DNA from: Octopus bimaculoides
Lineage: Eukaryota
Length of the DNA: 64,000 nt
Direction of reading: 5' to 3'
Assembly: GCF_001194135.2 (NCBI RefSeq)
Contig: NC_068998.1
Coordinates: 34,183,741 to 34,247,740, forward strand
The notes below the pieces were generated by a model, which was given only the letters and a program-made list of their open reading frames with translations, was not told where the DNA came from and did no database searches. This document shows, one piece after another, positions 1 through 12,170 of the stretch. Position 1 is the stretch's first letter. Each line of letters starts with the position of its first letter. The position numbers and the translations under genes were made by a program.

Positions 1-2
1 GT

Positions 3-1109
3 AAGCTGAGGGTTGGCAATGAGTACAGTGAAGAATTCCGGGTTGAGGTAGGGGTCCACCAAGGTTCAGTCCTCAGCCCCCTCCTTTTTATCATAGACCT
101 CCAGGAAATAACACAGGAATTCAAGACAGGATGCCCCTGGGAGCTCCTCTATGCTGATGACCTTGCTCTAATTGCTGAGTCACTATCACAACTAGAGGAG
201 AAGTTTCAGGTGTGGAAGCAAGGATTAGAATTGAAGGGCCTTAGAGTCAACCTAGCTAAAACCAAAGTCATGATAAGTAGGAAGGTAGACAAACCACAAA
301 TTCCTTCAGGTAGATGGCCCTGCTTGATCTGTAGAAAAGGCGTAGGTAGAAACTCTATAAGATGTACCCAATATAAGCTCTGGACACATAAGAGATGCAG
401 CAATATCAAAGGAAGGCTAATTAAGAAGATAGTTTTTGTATGTGGCAGATGCTCAGGAGCAATAAATACTGAAAATGTGCAGAGAACAACTTCTGCCACA
501 TTCCAGGGAGGAAAACTAGAAGTAGTTGATAGCTTCCATTACCTAGGTGACCAAGTCAGTTGCGGGGGTGGGTGCTCTGAAAGTGTAGCTGCTAGAATAA
601 GAATAGCCTGGGCAAAGTTCAGAGAGCTCCTACTTCTGCTGGTGACAAAGGGCCTCTCACTCAGAGTAAAAGGTAGACTGTATGACGCATGTGTATGAAC
701 AGCCATGCTACATGGCAGTGAAACATGGGCTGTGACTGCTGAGGACATGCGTAAGCTCGCAAGGAATGAAGCCAGTATGCTCTGCTGGATGTGTAATGTC
801 AGTGCGCATAGTCGACAGTGTGTAAGTGGCTTGAGAGAAAAGTTGGACCCAAGAAGCTTCAGATGTGGTGTGCAAGAGAGATGACTGCACTGGTATAGTC
901 ATGTGGTGAGAATAGATGTGGATAGCTGTGGGAAAAATGTCACACTCTAGCAGTTGATGGAACCTGTGGAAGAGGTAGATCCAGGAAGATCTGGTATGAG
1001 GTGGTGAAGCACGACCTTTGAACATTAAGCCTCACCGAGGCAATGACTAGTGACCGAGACCTTTGGAAATATGCTGTGCTTGGGAAGACCTGGCAAGCCA
1101 AGTGAGACC
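3..1109 (+). pseudogene. Reverse transcriptase ORF remnant with YADD motif and embedded PHD-like Cys/His cluster (321-452)
   Basis: YADD near 150-161; CLIC-x10-CTQY-x4-H-x2-C...CGRC cluster; several in-frame stops and a frameshift after nt 696. Confidence 0.9.
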
Positions 1110-1244
1110 ATAACCTGTGGCCTATGCCAGTGGTGTAACCAGCCCACTTATGCGTACCTTTCCTTCATTGGACACTAAACTCTGCTTGCAAAGACCTGTT
1201 GAGGCAAGTGAAATTGAAATCAAATTCAATGACAGCACTGCATG

Positions 1245-1550
1245 TCTGGCATCTGTGCTAGTGGAGCACTAAGAGCACCATCTGAGCATGATCGTTGCAA
1301 GGGCAGCTGACTGGCTCCTGTGTCGGTGGTATGTAAAAAGCACCATTCGAGCATGATCATTACCAGTGATCGCCTTATTGGCACTTGTGCCAGTGGCACA
1401 TGGGAAACAACATTCGAGTGAGGTCATTGCCATTGCTGCTGGATTGGCTCCTGTGCTGGGGGAACATAAAAAACACCATTTGAGCATGGGCGTTGCCAGT
1501 ACCACCTGACTGGCCCTCATGCCGGTGGCATGTAAAAGTACCCACAACAC
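1245..1550 (+). repeat. ~66-bp minisatellite (4-5 diverged units) inside the RTE 3' UTR
   Basis: Recurring (g/a)caccat(c/t)(c/t)gagcatg(a/g)-type motif near 1276, 1340, 1407 and 1474. Confidence 0.75.
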
Positions 1551-1776
1551 TCTTGGAATGGTTGGCATTAGGAAGGGCATCCAGCTGTAGAAACTCTGCC
1601 GGATCAGATTGGAGTCTGGTGCAGCCATCTGGCTCACAAGTCCAACCATCCAACCCATGCCAGTATGGAAAGCAGGCGTTAAACGATGATGATGATGATG
1701 ATGATGGTGATGATGTTGATGATGATATATATATGTAAATATGTGTGTGTGTGTGTGTGTGTACATATATATATAC

Positions 1777-1808
<32 letters not shown>

Positions 1809-2617
1809 GACATGCTTCTGTACATTCTGTAAACTCTACTCATTTTGCAATGTTCAAGCAAAAATTCAAAGCTCAATGCGCTACACACCAGTTTCAGACC
1901 TGGTATTAGATGTTTATAAAGTTAAAGCAAACTGTTTAGTCGGACAGTCACTCCTGCATATAAATCAGTCAATCATTCACACACATATGTTGGATTTAGT
2001 TCAGGAGACCACCTGTCTCCCCAGCAGAATCATATATTGTCTCTAATTAGGGAAGTAATGTTTACCAGTTCACAGCATTCATTGTTAGTCTATCAGTGGG
2101 AAAAAGAAAAAATCTAATACTTTGAACAGGACATTTTTGCTGGTATAAATTTTATTAAATTACAGATTACCATTATTTTTCTTGAACACAAGTGTTTTCT
2201 CAAATATTTATTGTTGATTTCTTTACATAAACGACAAATATTTTCTTTCAACTTCAAACATCATGTCATCATACATGTCTTCACAATTTCAATAAATTTC
2301 TCATTTTCTTTACTATTTATAAATATACCGTACAATCTTTTATATACTTGTGATATTTAATATATGATTCAGTGTATAATTTTCAGTAAATTTCTTACAT
2401 TTTCCTTACTATGCTACTAGTGGCTGTATATAAAACGTATACTTGATTCTTCTCCATGCAACAACATTTTTTTCTTTCTCATTCTCCGATGAAAGGCAAC
2501 GTCTGGAACATTAGATTCTATACTTTCCATGATAAATGAACTTACTGAACTCTCCTGCTGAATTTTGCTATTGACTAATTGCTACTGACATAGACTATTC
2601 CTTGGATTGCAAGGTTT

Positions 2618-2666
<49 letters not shown>

Positions 2667-2772
2667 TCACTCCAAGGGTATACAATATATCAGATGTGTA
2701 TGCAGTTGTATATTACATGTTTAATACCAGCACATTAAAAAAACTTTTTTTTATTTTACATTTGTTCCTATC

Positions 2773-2880
2773 TTGTCACGGAGTTCAAATTCCATTGAGG
2801 GCAACTTTGCCTTTCATCCTTTTGGTGTCAATAAAAAAAGTAGCAGTCAAGTACTGGGGTCAATTTCATTGACTAACCCT
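2773..2880 (+). mobile_element. tRNA-derived SINE family A, partial
   Basis: B-box-like gagttcaaattcc followed by the family core actttgcctttcatcctttt..gtcaataaa...actggggtc; homologous to copies at 5659, 10979, 29571 and 62175. Confidence 0.75.
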
Positions 2881-3109
2881 CTCCTAATTTCTTGCTTTGT
2901 GACTATTGTAGAAAGGATTGTCATACAATCATACTAACATTTATACCAGTAACATTTTTTAGAAGGAACACTACTTAATTCTCTCTATAACATTGTTCAA
3001 CAAACACTGGCACACAAACTATAGTATGTTTCTATACATAATGATCATCACAAATGTCATCCTCTTCCACCAATAACACACATCACATTTTCACCCAACA
3101 CTTATCCTT

Positions 3110-3440
3110 TATTCACGATGTAGGCATTCCAGCTGATGCTTTTCTCTCAAGTCACAAGTGTCTTATCCCTCATGTTAGAAGCGATATCCAATGGATTGGG
3201 TTTGCTTGCCTCTACTGACCATTCGTATTTAGTGTCCATTTAGCAGTATCATAAAGCTTTCTATTATAAAAAAGAAACATTTTGTTGCCAGCATAACTGG
3301 CAGCTCTTTAAACTTCTTCCATTCTCTCTTTACTCTAACTACTATGCTTTCAACTAAACTAATTCCTGCACTAATTAAATCACATATTTGAAAGAAACTA
3401 TCGACTACACTTTTGCAAACTATCTTTGAAGTTGATAGAC
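3110..3440 (-). pseudogene. Old RTE RT fragment of the same family as 1-1726
   Basis: Minus strand reads VVDSFFQICDLISAG...ESIVVRVKREWKKFKELPVMLATK, aligning to VVDSFHYLGDQVSCG...ESVAARIRIAWAKFRELLLLLVTK. Confidence 0.65.
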
Positions 3441-5658
3441 ATCTTTTCAGAATCTGTTTATGGTGATTTTTACTGCTAACTAATCTTGTGCTTGTATCAT
3501 GCCTAAAGTTCCACTATTTTTGTCAGCTTCCAGAGATCCTACAGTACCATTAGTCTATACGTTGCTTGCACTAGACATATAGTACATTCCTTTTTGCTTT
3601 CTACATATATCATACCTAAAGTCTTAATATATTTTTGTCAGCTTCCAGAGATCCTACAACACTATTAATCATTTTCCTATAGAATTCCTACAGATTTCCT
3701 ATAGAAGTTATAGCTACCACTGATTTGTTATGAAATTTCATATCTGAATATACCTAATGTAAACAACAATGTGATCAAAGATGGAGAAATGGGTAATGGA
3801 TGTATATGCCATATTTTCATCTTTGATTACAATGTTGATATAAAACGCCATAACAAATTAGTGTTGGCAATAATTTCTGTAGAAAATCTGTAGAGATAAC
3901 CTTAAAAAATGATTTTGAAATATTACTATATACTTTGAATTTACTTTGTAGTATATTATGATTGTATAACGAAATATAATGTCCCTACAAGTCATTGACA
4001 CTATTAATCTACACACTTTTACCCTAAATGCATAGTACCTTCCTTTTCGCTTCCTACATATTAAGTAGTTTCTCTTTTCAGAAATCACTAGTATCTTACA
4101 GCCTATTTCACTAAGGGAGCACTTTGCTCTTCACGCTGCTAGACTTTTAGGCTAGTGGATTCCTGAACAAGCTTTTTGCTTTGAATTTTTTCTACAGTTC
4201 TTCTACAGATTCTGCTTTGAGAACCAAGTCAGCATTATATAAATATCCCTAAGACAAATTGATTTGATTCGTTAGCGGAATAAAAGGATGTTGGGAGCAG
4301 CACACTAGTGGAAAAATGCATGTTCCTTAAATTCCTTTTTAAACTTACTACCATTGCTTAGTTAGCTAAGACATGGGCACCAAATAAAAGAGTAAGGGAA
4401 CATATCAAAGGTTTTGTCCATATTAACAAATACAAAGCAATATGGTTCATTGCTAGCAAAAAATTTCTTTTAGTCTTCTTAGAAATATGTCCATTGTGTG
4501 TAACACTGGTGCAAACTCAAACTGAATTTGTCTTGTATTAACTTTACTAAAGCTTCTTACTTTCTGTTAAAACTTATTCAATTAGTTTAAGATCCTCTTT
4601 CATAGATTGTCTCTACGTGTCACCTTTTCTTTTTAGTGCAGTTCATGTTGGTGTTTTTACTAGTACACCAGCTTTTGAGGATAGTACCTTTCTAAGCTAC
4701 CCAATCAAATTCTTCCCTTCCCCATTGTCACATTCCCATTTGTTTTAATCACTTTGACTGTAATCTTAATATCTGGTATCTTTGTTGATTCCTCTTTATT
4801 TAAGTTGATGTGTTTGTGGTAGGACCATGTTAGTTACATTAATAGCACATCCTTAATTTTAATTTTATCACTATCAATCCTGTGTAGAGTTACTGGCTAA
4901 GAGATTGTCAGTTCATATCCTGATAGCAGCCATTGCATTGTGTCCAGAGCTAAGACCTTACCTTTGAAAAATCCTGTTCATCTATTTATATATAAGTATT
5001 ACAGAAGCAGGGCTAAAGAAATTTGCATAGATTTCTTAATATAGACATCAGATAATTCTGCAAGTCTGGGTCTTGATAAAAAAACTAATAACACAACCTA
5101 CATTTTAATCATATATCCATTAACATCCCACAATGAAATCAAAACTGAAAGGAACACAATAATACTTATTTGATTGATATATGAACGTTCAGCACTAATA
5201 TTTCCTTTATTTTTACTGCTTAACCAAAGAAGGAAGGGCCTTTCCCTTGGTCCTGTATTTTTCAGGGATTTTAAGACATGTGAAAGGAAAGGGAGGAAGT
5301 TATCTGCAAATCAAAGAAATGGCCTGAATTCTTGCATCAGACTGAACTTCATCATAGAAATAAAGAGACCATATGGTGGTGCTAAACATTACCAACCATG
5401 AAAGCAAATTGCAAAAAGCCACAAAAAATATCTCAAGACACTTCATCCAACATTCTAAGAATTCTTCTAGTCCACCATTAAGTATTTTATCTCCAAGTCC
5501 AGAGATTCAGAAGAAACATCAAAGAATTCTGCCAGTCCGCTGGCTAGAAAGGTTTCTGTGAGATACACTGGATGAGAGAATTCTAACAAACTGCATCCTA
5601 TGACAATGCTTGATCACAAAGCTTTCAAATCTTCTTTGCACAAATTTCTATACATATT

Positions 5659-5806
5659 TCGACCCCAGTGTTTCACTAGTACTTAATTTATCGACCCTGA
5701 AGGAATGAAAGGCAAAGTCAACCTCGGTGGCATTTGAACATAAAGTGGAATGCGATGTTGCTATGCATTTTGCCCAGCATGCTAATAGTTCTGCTTGATC
5801 GCCACC
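5659..5806 (-). mobile_element. SINE family A copy
   Basis: Reverse complement of the family core (aatttatcgaccctgaaggaatgaaaggcaaagtcaacctcggtggcatttgaac) plus tRNA-like head remnants. Confidence 0.8.
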
Positions 5807-6327
5807 TCAAATAATAATAATGATAATAATGATGATGGTGATAGCGACGGTGGNNNNNNNNNNNNNNNNNNNNNNNNNNNNNNNNNNNNNNNNNNNNNNN
5901 NNNNNNNNNNNNNNNNNNNNNNNNNNNNNNNNNNNNNNNNNNNNNNNNNNNNNNNNNNNNNNNNNNNNNNNNNNNNNNNNNNNNNNNNNNNNNNNNNNNN
6001 NNNNNNNNNNNNNNNNNNNNNNNNNNNNNNNNNNNNNNNNNNNNNNNNNNNNNNNNNNNNNNNNNNNNNNNNNNNNNNNNNNNNNNNNNNNNNNNNNNNN
6101 NNNNNNNNNNNNNNNNNNNNNNNNNNNNNNNNNNNNNNNNNNNNNNNNNNNNNNNNNNNNNNNNNNNNNNNNNNNNNNNNNNNNNNNNNNNNNNNNNNNN
6201 NNNNNNNNNNNNNNNNNNNNNNNNNNNNNNNNNNNNNNNNNNNNNNNNNNNNNNNNNNNNNNNNNNNNNNNNNNNNNNNNNNNNNNNNNNNNNNNNNNNN
6301 NNNNNNNNNNNNNNNNNNNNNNNNNNN

Positions 6328-6387
<60 letters not shown>

Positions 6388-6429
6388 TAGTACTTGTCAA
6401 GCTTCCTCAGGCACTGCAGTTATATGAGA

Positions 6430-7293
6430 GCAGACCTATGCATTCCTTCCCCATTACTGTACAACCAGTTGTCCCTCTCCTTGAGACCACATCCTTTGTC
6501 GCTCATCTTACACTCCCAACATCATCCCTTGCCACTTTATTTTTCATTGAATGTCTCTTTTCCCTGAACACCCTTTCATATTTGCTATTAATGTCCTCCC
6601 ATCCACTACTTTTATGGTCCTCTCTATATCCACTCCTACATGTCTCTGATTCTGTCTCCATCATTGTGCATCTTCAATTTCCCTCCTCCTCATCTATCTA
6701 GAGTTTTATATTATTATTTCTCTCTACTTCCCCCTCCCATTTTTATGCATTGCCACCTATCACCTCCTCTTCCCTCCCCCACTCATATCTTCCTTTACCT
6801 TCTCTAGAACTGAGATCCCCATTAACCACACTTCAATCTATGCTCATGATTCACTGCTTTCACATCTATCCTCATCTAGAACCATCTGTCACTCTTTTCT
6901 TATCCTCTTGCAAATCTACCCACCCAGCCACCCTCAGTTCTCTCTTTATATACCTCTTCATACTTTGAGAGAACACCTTGACATGTGGTAACTACAATCC
7001 TTTTACTCTCCCCTCCTGGGGTAGCTGTGTACCTCCTCAGCAGCAAGACACCTGTTCCTGTCAGGCACAGAGCTACATATCTCAACACTGCATCCCCACT
7101 CTAATCAGTTGAGGTCTTGAAAACCTCAGTACTGCCAGTACCATAGAAAAGGCAACTCAGTACACTCAGTAAAGTGGTTGGTGTTAGGAAGAGCCATCCA
7201 GTCAATGCCAGCATGGAAAATGGAAAACAGATGTAAAATAGCAATGATAATGATGATGATGAAGATGATGATGATGACGATGATGATGATGAT
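6430..7293 (+). mobile_element. RTE 3' UTR variant: polypyrimidine tract, terminal module, (GAT)n tail
   Basis: C/T-rich tract 6430-7000, then tacactcagtaaagtggttggtgttaggaagagccatccag...atgccagcatggaaaa and (GAT)n, the same terminal module as 1545-1726. Confidence 0.55.
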
Positions 7294-8379
7294 ATATATA
7301 TATATATAATAGTTAAATGTGATCTTAAATACAATGTAGCTCCTGAATACAGACTTTGCTGTTTATATTTCAAGGAACCAACACAATTCCACAGTAAATT
7401 GTAAAACATAAAAAAACACAAGAACTAAAACACAAACACTAAACTAACATGGTTCCTACATTTGCTCAGTAGTGATTCATTAAAAGCTATTAAGTAGTAT
7501 AGGTTAAAAAAGAAGATAATTTTCATAAAATGAGTTTATCACTTAAAAATCACCCAAGATTGATTTCAACATCAGATTCTTTAAATAATTCCAGCCATCA
7601 GTAGACCATCTTCTTCATCTAAACTCACAGTGGAGTCTATACTTTTATCTTAAACACTGCACAACAGGTTATCTTTCATTCCATCTTGGAAACGGAAGAT
7701 AACTTTTTACAAACTTACATCAATTATTGATGCCAGTCTTGAAAAAGCTCTTGAAAACCATTTGTTAAGTAGAAGAATTCAAAGCAACTTAAACTTTGTA
7801 ACAGTAGTAGTAAAGTTAGGCTTTTTGAAAAGACCTCCCATTATTTTGTTTTGCATTTCATGAGAAAACATCCATGATATCCTTTGCTTTTTGAACTGTC
7901 TTTTCCTATCCATAGTTTTATTATAAAGTGTATACTACAGATTTTTACTACTAGCATACATCAGTAATATTTTAACGTGTTATTTTCGTAAATTGAATAA
8001 TCACTTTTAAACAATAGAGAGTAAAATCACACACCACCAATGTTCTGTTAACAATTGCTTTGGGATGTATTCATTGCACATATAAAGTTATATGACTGCA
8101 GGCAATGAGATGTGTACATTAGATTAGAAAAGTCTCAGTTGCTACTTTCTGCTTCTTTGTTTTTGCAGGCTTGTCATTGCATCTATCTAGCTATATATTT
8201 CTTTCTTATTCATTTGTTTATTTTATACTCAAGTATAATTCCACTTCTTACTGTTGACTAATTCTTTTAATAGTAAATCTCTTGTATAACTGGCACTCCA
8301 TCTGTTATGACAATGAGAATTCCAGTTGATCTGATCTACAGAACAGCCTGCTCATGAAATTAATGTACAAGTGGCTGAG

Positions 8380-9172
8380 CACTCCACAGAGACCGAGATT
8401 GTTGAAGTCGTAGAAATTGTCTTGCAAACACTTCTGACTCTTTCCAAGAGTATGACAAGGAGCCAAATCCTGCTGCCACACATATGACTTTCCAGCAACA
8501 ACCCTCTCCAGCACGGGCTTGACCACAGTCTCCAGAAGCTTCACACAGCTGTCTGAATTAAATCTTCATCCCTGTTCAAAGATGTGGGGCAGCAAGACAA
8601 TATTCACACTGAAGATACAGTCAGTGACCATCACAGTTTAAGGGAAATTGATTTTTGTGATACATAGGATACCACATGGATTGTAGGCAAGTGACCTGTT
8701 TTTCTAGATGTTGTGCAACTAGTCCTGGAAAAAAAGTCTTTTTTTATATGTGAAGAACCAGATCATCTCCAGCTCAGCAAGCTGTCTAAGCTTGTTCAGG
8801 AACTTCTTTGCCTTTGTCAAGCAGTTCTCTTTGGCTGTCAAAATTTGTCTCTTGCACCTTTTGTACAAGTGGTAGTAAAGGTCCACATTTAAAGCCAACT
8901 TCATGTTGGCGACTCCAGCACCCAGCTCTCTCACAAAAAAACAGGATTCCCTTGCTTGGATCTTCCATCACCTTTCCCTGCAGTTGTTAGATGAATTCTG
9001 GCGTGCAGATGCAGTCAAAATAATTGCTGAGTCTCTTCTTGCTGACTTTATAATCCTCACTGCAGTTGTCTATGTCATGTTTTATAGCCTTTGCAGCACT
9101 CACAGAGCATTGAACTGCAGTCATACTGTTAACAGTTTGATACTCAGCATGAATAAGGTAATTCTTTTCCAA
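8380..9172 (-). pseudogene. Tc1/mariner superfamily transposase pseudogene (maT/DD37D-like)
   Basis: Minus-strand fragments TPEFI*QLQGKVMEDPSKG, LTKAKKFLNKL...WFFTYKK (decayed SDEK) and VVKPVLERVVAGKSYVWQQDLAPCHT...NFYDF; frameshifted, no clear TIRs. Confidence 0.85.
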
Positions 9173-9323
9173 TATTCAGATGGCTTCCAGTCCTCCATAT
9201 CTGAAAATTTTTCTCAACTACTACTTGAATGTTTATGCTCTCCAACACTGTTCATTAATACATCATGCCATCCCTGAAAAAAGGAGACATGAAAAATTAT
9301 CAAATTTAACCCAAACATTCTCA

Positions 9324-9325
<2 letters not shown>

Positions 9326-9398
<73 letters not shown>
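9326..9398 (+). repeat. (TG)n microsatellite
   Basis: Directly visible pure TG run. Confidence 0.98.
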
Positions 9399-9402
<4 letters not shown>

Positions 9403-9599
9403 CATGCTTTTACAAGTACATTTTATCTTCCCTTACAATGTTTGTCCTTGTGTCTATATTTGAAATGTATGCCCCTGTTTCCATATCAAAAATTTGTGAC
9501 CTTCCCATCATATTAGAAATCACTATTCAAATTTGCTGAACCGTTAATTTAGCTTTTAGAATGTTTTTACCATAGTTATATTTATACGTTATTCTGATC

Positions 9600-10830
9600 A
9601 GTTTGATCTCTGATCTTTATCAAATATTTTATCCTTTGATATGGTTAGTCTATTGCATGGTGGATAAGATTATCACTGCAATTCGAATTGGTTTGATAAA
9701 GGTATTATATCTATAAATATTGTAAAATATTTATATAAACTGGTGATTAATAATCCAGAAAATTATAATCTTATGTCAGACATTTTGACTTTTGGCCAAC
9801 TACTGACAGAGATGCTGCTGTTCAACCTCATGTCTATGCTGATGAGCAAAACACTGATCAGAAGTATTTCAGCCATAATCTTCACTTTGAAGCAACCAAT
9901 TTACAAATCACTATGTCCTTATGTCGTTTTCATATTCTGAGTTTGTGATATTGTCTAAGATACCACCAGTGATGAAATCTTTTGAGACAATATTTCAAAT
10001 AATAGCAGTCTGTGTTGCTTGTAGAAGAATAGGTAACATGTGTCTCCTCCTAATGAGACGATATTTCATCCAAAAATAATATTGATACCAGTAATACTTG
10101 AAGATATTTATCAATGTCATGAATAGCAAAAGTAGCTATGAAAGATGCTTTATCAATGAGAATTAAATTGTGATCTCTTAGGAAGTGAACTCGCTCGTAT
10201 CAATTAGGAGTATTGGTTATTAAAATATGCTACATATTGTCATATCACCTAACAGTAATGATGCACCAGTAACAGCCCATGTAGCACTTGACACATTAAG
10301 GTTGTTGTTCTTAAGAACAAAAATTATAATATTCATTAAATAAGTTTTACCACATCCTCCTGAAGCTTTGATATAAAAGAGACTGCATTCCAACCTAATC
10401 CTCTTCTCTTCTTTTCAACTGCATTTATCTCCACATTATTCAAATTAGTTAAATTAACTTAATAACATTAAAGTTCTCATTCATTCATGTTCTTAAATCA
10501 TCCCTGAAGTACTGGTCATCCTACTTTCCGGCAACTTGTTCCATTTTAGATTAAAATTTGATTTATTGAATGAAGTGATGAGTGTTCTGCTTTTCTTTGC
10601 TGACGTTTTATGTAAAAAAAAAAAAAAGAAGAAAAATTCTGGAATCATTTGTATTGTAAAAGAGCTCCAAACCTGAATTGCATTTTGAGCATTACAAAAT
10701 GCACAAATAGCTGCAAACATTACTCTAAGATATAATGGCATTTTAAACATTGAAGCTTCCTCTAAAATGGTATTAAAAATATCATTATGAAATTGTTTTC
10801 CTATAATCATTACCGTAGGCAAGCTATTTT
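9600..10830 (-). pseudogene. Helitron Rep/Hel relic (linker plus Pif1-like helicase)
   Basis: Minus strand: EEASMFKMPLYLRVMFAAICAFC (Helitron linker), Walker A KASGGCGKTYLM at ~10335-10370, IDKASF...DIDKYL (decayed motif II), LGGD, NWLLQ. Confidence 0.75.
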
Positions 10831-10978
10831 AAAGTTGGTATATTTTCTCCTTGAATGATTCTCAGTTCTTCAGGTTTTGCTCCTAAAATGTAAAATAGAA
10901 TACAGGCAGATAAAATTCCTGGGGAGTTTTGAATTTCACTAAATGCATGGGGAAAGTAATATAATCCTTTCTACTTTA

Positions 10979-11180
10979 GGCACAAAGCCTGAAATGTTTG
11001 GGGAGGGGGGTGCAGTCGATTAGATTTACCCCAGTATACAACTGGTACGTAATTTATTGACCTTGAAAGGATGAAAGGCAAAGTTGACCTTGGCGGAATT
11101 TGAACTCAGAACGTAAAGACAGACGAAATACTGCTAAGCATTTTGCCTGGCATGCTAACGTTTCTGCCAGCTCACTGCCT
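10979..11180 (-). mobile_element. SINE family A, near full length
   Basis: Head aaggcagtgagctggcagaaacgttagc (A-box-like), gagttcaaattccg (B-box-like), central core and 3' tail. Confidence 0.88.
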
Positions 11181-11658
11181 TGCAAAAATAATATGATGCT
11201 TTCTTTGTCTGACAGCTCTTTTCGGGGGTGGGTTGGGGGTATATTGTTAAGGAATTTCAGAGTATAGGTGTACAGGTACTGATGTAAATTTTCATTTTCA
11301 TTATTAAGTTTGAATCATATAATGGAGATGTGTGTCTTGATGGTGTTGAGCATCTGCTGATTATGTTGCTTATAAATAAACACTTTGTTGGTGAGAGACA
11401 TGCTATGTATTTTGTACGAAGATAACATCTATATAGCTTTAAAAGGTGAGGTATACCTACAAGATAGATAAAACTTAATTTCATCATATTTAAATAATTG
11501 ATTTTGCCATTCACTTATAATGACATAGTTTGTTATTTCAATTTTATTATTTCAATAGTCATGACATATTTAAAATCTTCGGACATATTGAAAACTGTCT
11601 TATACTTTTAACAGTTGAAACAAATCTTATTTCCAAACTTATATATATTCATAAAAGC

Positions 11659-11915
11659 ATCATCATCATCATTTAACATCCATCTTCCATGCATGCATGG
11701 ATACAATGGTTGACAGGAGCCGGCCAGGTATAAATTCTACCCAAGGCTACTGTGTCTGTTTTGGCAGGGGTTTTACAGCTGGATACCCTTCCTAACACCA
11801 ACCACTATGCAGAGTGGACTCAGTGCTTTTTACATGGAACTAGCACTGGCAAAGTTAGTTTAGGCAAGATTTTTTTACAGCCGGATGCCTTTCCAGATGC
11901 CAACCACTGGATCTT
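11659..11915 (-). mobile_element. RTE 3' terminal fragment with duplicated terminal sub-module
   Basis: (CAT)n at 11659-11672, then the reverse-complement terminal module; ttacag(c/t)ggat(a/g)cc(c/t)ttcc...ccaaccac occurs twice (~11773 and ~11875). Confidence 0.8.
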
Positions 11916-12147
11916 TTTTAAAATGGGGGCCACATTTTTCATTAACGAAACACTTTGAAACTTGGAACTCTGGTAGAATGTGTCATATAAAACATCTTTT
12001 TGTCTTAGTCTTCTTTAAAAAAAAAGAAATCCATAAGTTATTCCATGTTAAAGTTGTCGTATTTCTGTAATTTCAACCAATCACTGACGTCCATTCAGCC
12101 GATATACATTAAGTGCCGACTACATAAACAAACGATTCTGAAACAAT

Positions 12148-12170
12148 TAACCCTAACCCTAACCCTAACC
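12148..12170 (-). repeat. Interstitial (TTAGGG)n telomere-type repeat running into a gap
   Basis: taaccc x3.8 directly before N gap 12171-12942. Confidence 0.8.

Larger units (their letters stand above)
1..1726 (+). mobile_element. RTE-clade non-LTR retrotransposon, 3' part (RT C-terminus, 3' UTR, (GAT)n tail); runs off the window start
   Basis: Frame from nt 3 reads GVHQGSVLSPLLF...ELLYADDLALIA...GLRVNLAKTKVM...VVDSFHYLGDQ...LHGSETW...GRGRSRKIW. In-frame TGA at 696-698; ORF remnant ends near 1109. The 3' UTR ends in a conserved terminal module plus (GAT)n. Confidence 0.92.

Noticed and set aside
1245-1550. Regularly spaced repeats that superficially resemble a CRISPR array
   Set aside because: The units are diverged tandem repeats without unique spacers, inside a eukaryotic LINE UTR, and no cas genes are present.
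5718-6701. Long ORFs spanning N runs (also 12045-13231, 16408-16936, 31696-32362, 61461-62017)
   Set aside because: Artefacts of translating gaps as X plus flanking microsatellites.
10979-11180. tRNA-like A/B boxes as genuine tRNA genes (also 16601 and 54386)
   Set aside because: No cloverleaf; the boxes are followed by repeat bodies shared among dispersed copies, so they are SINE heads.
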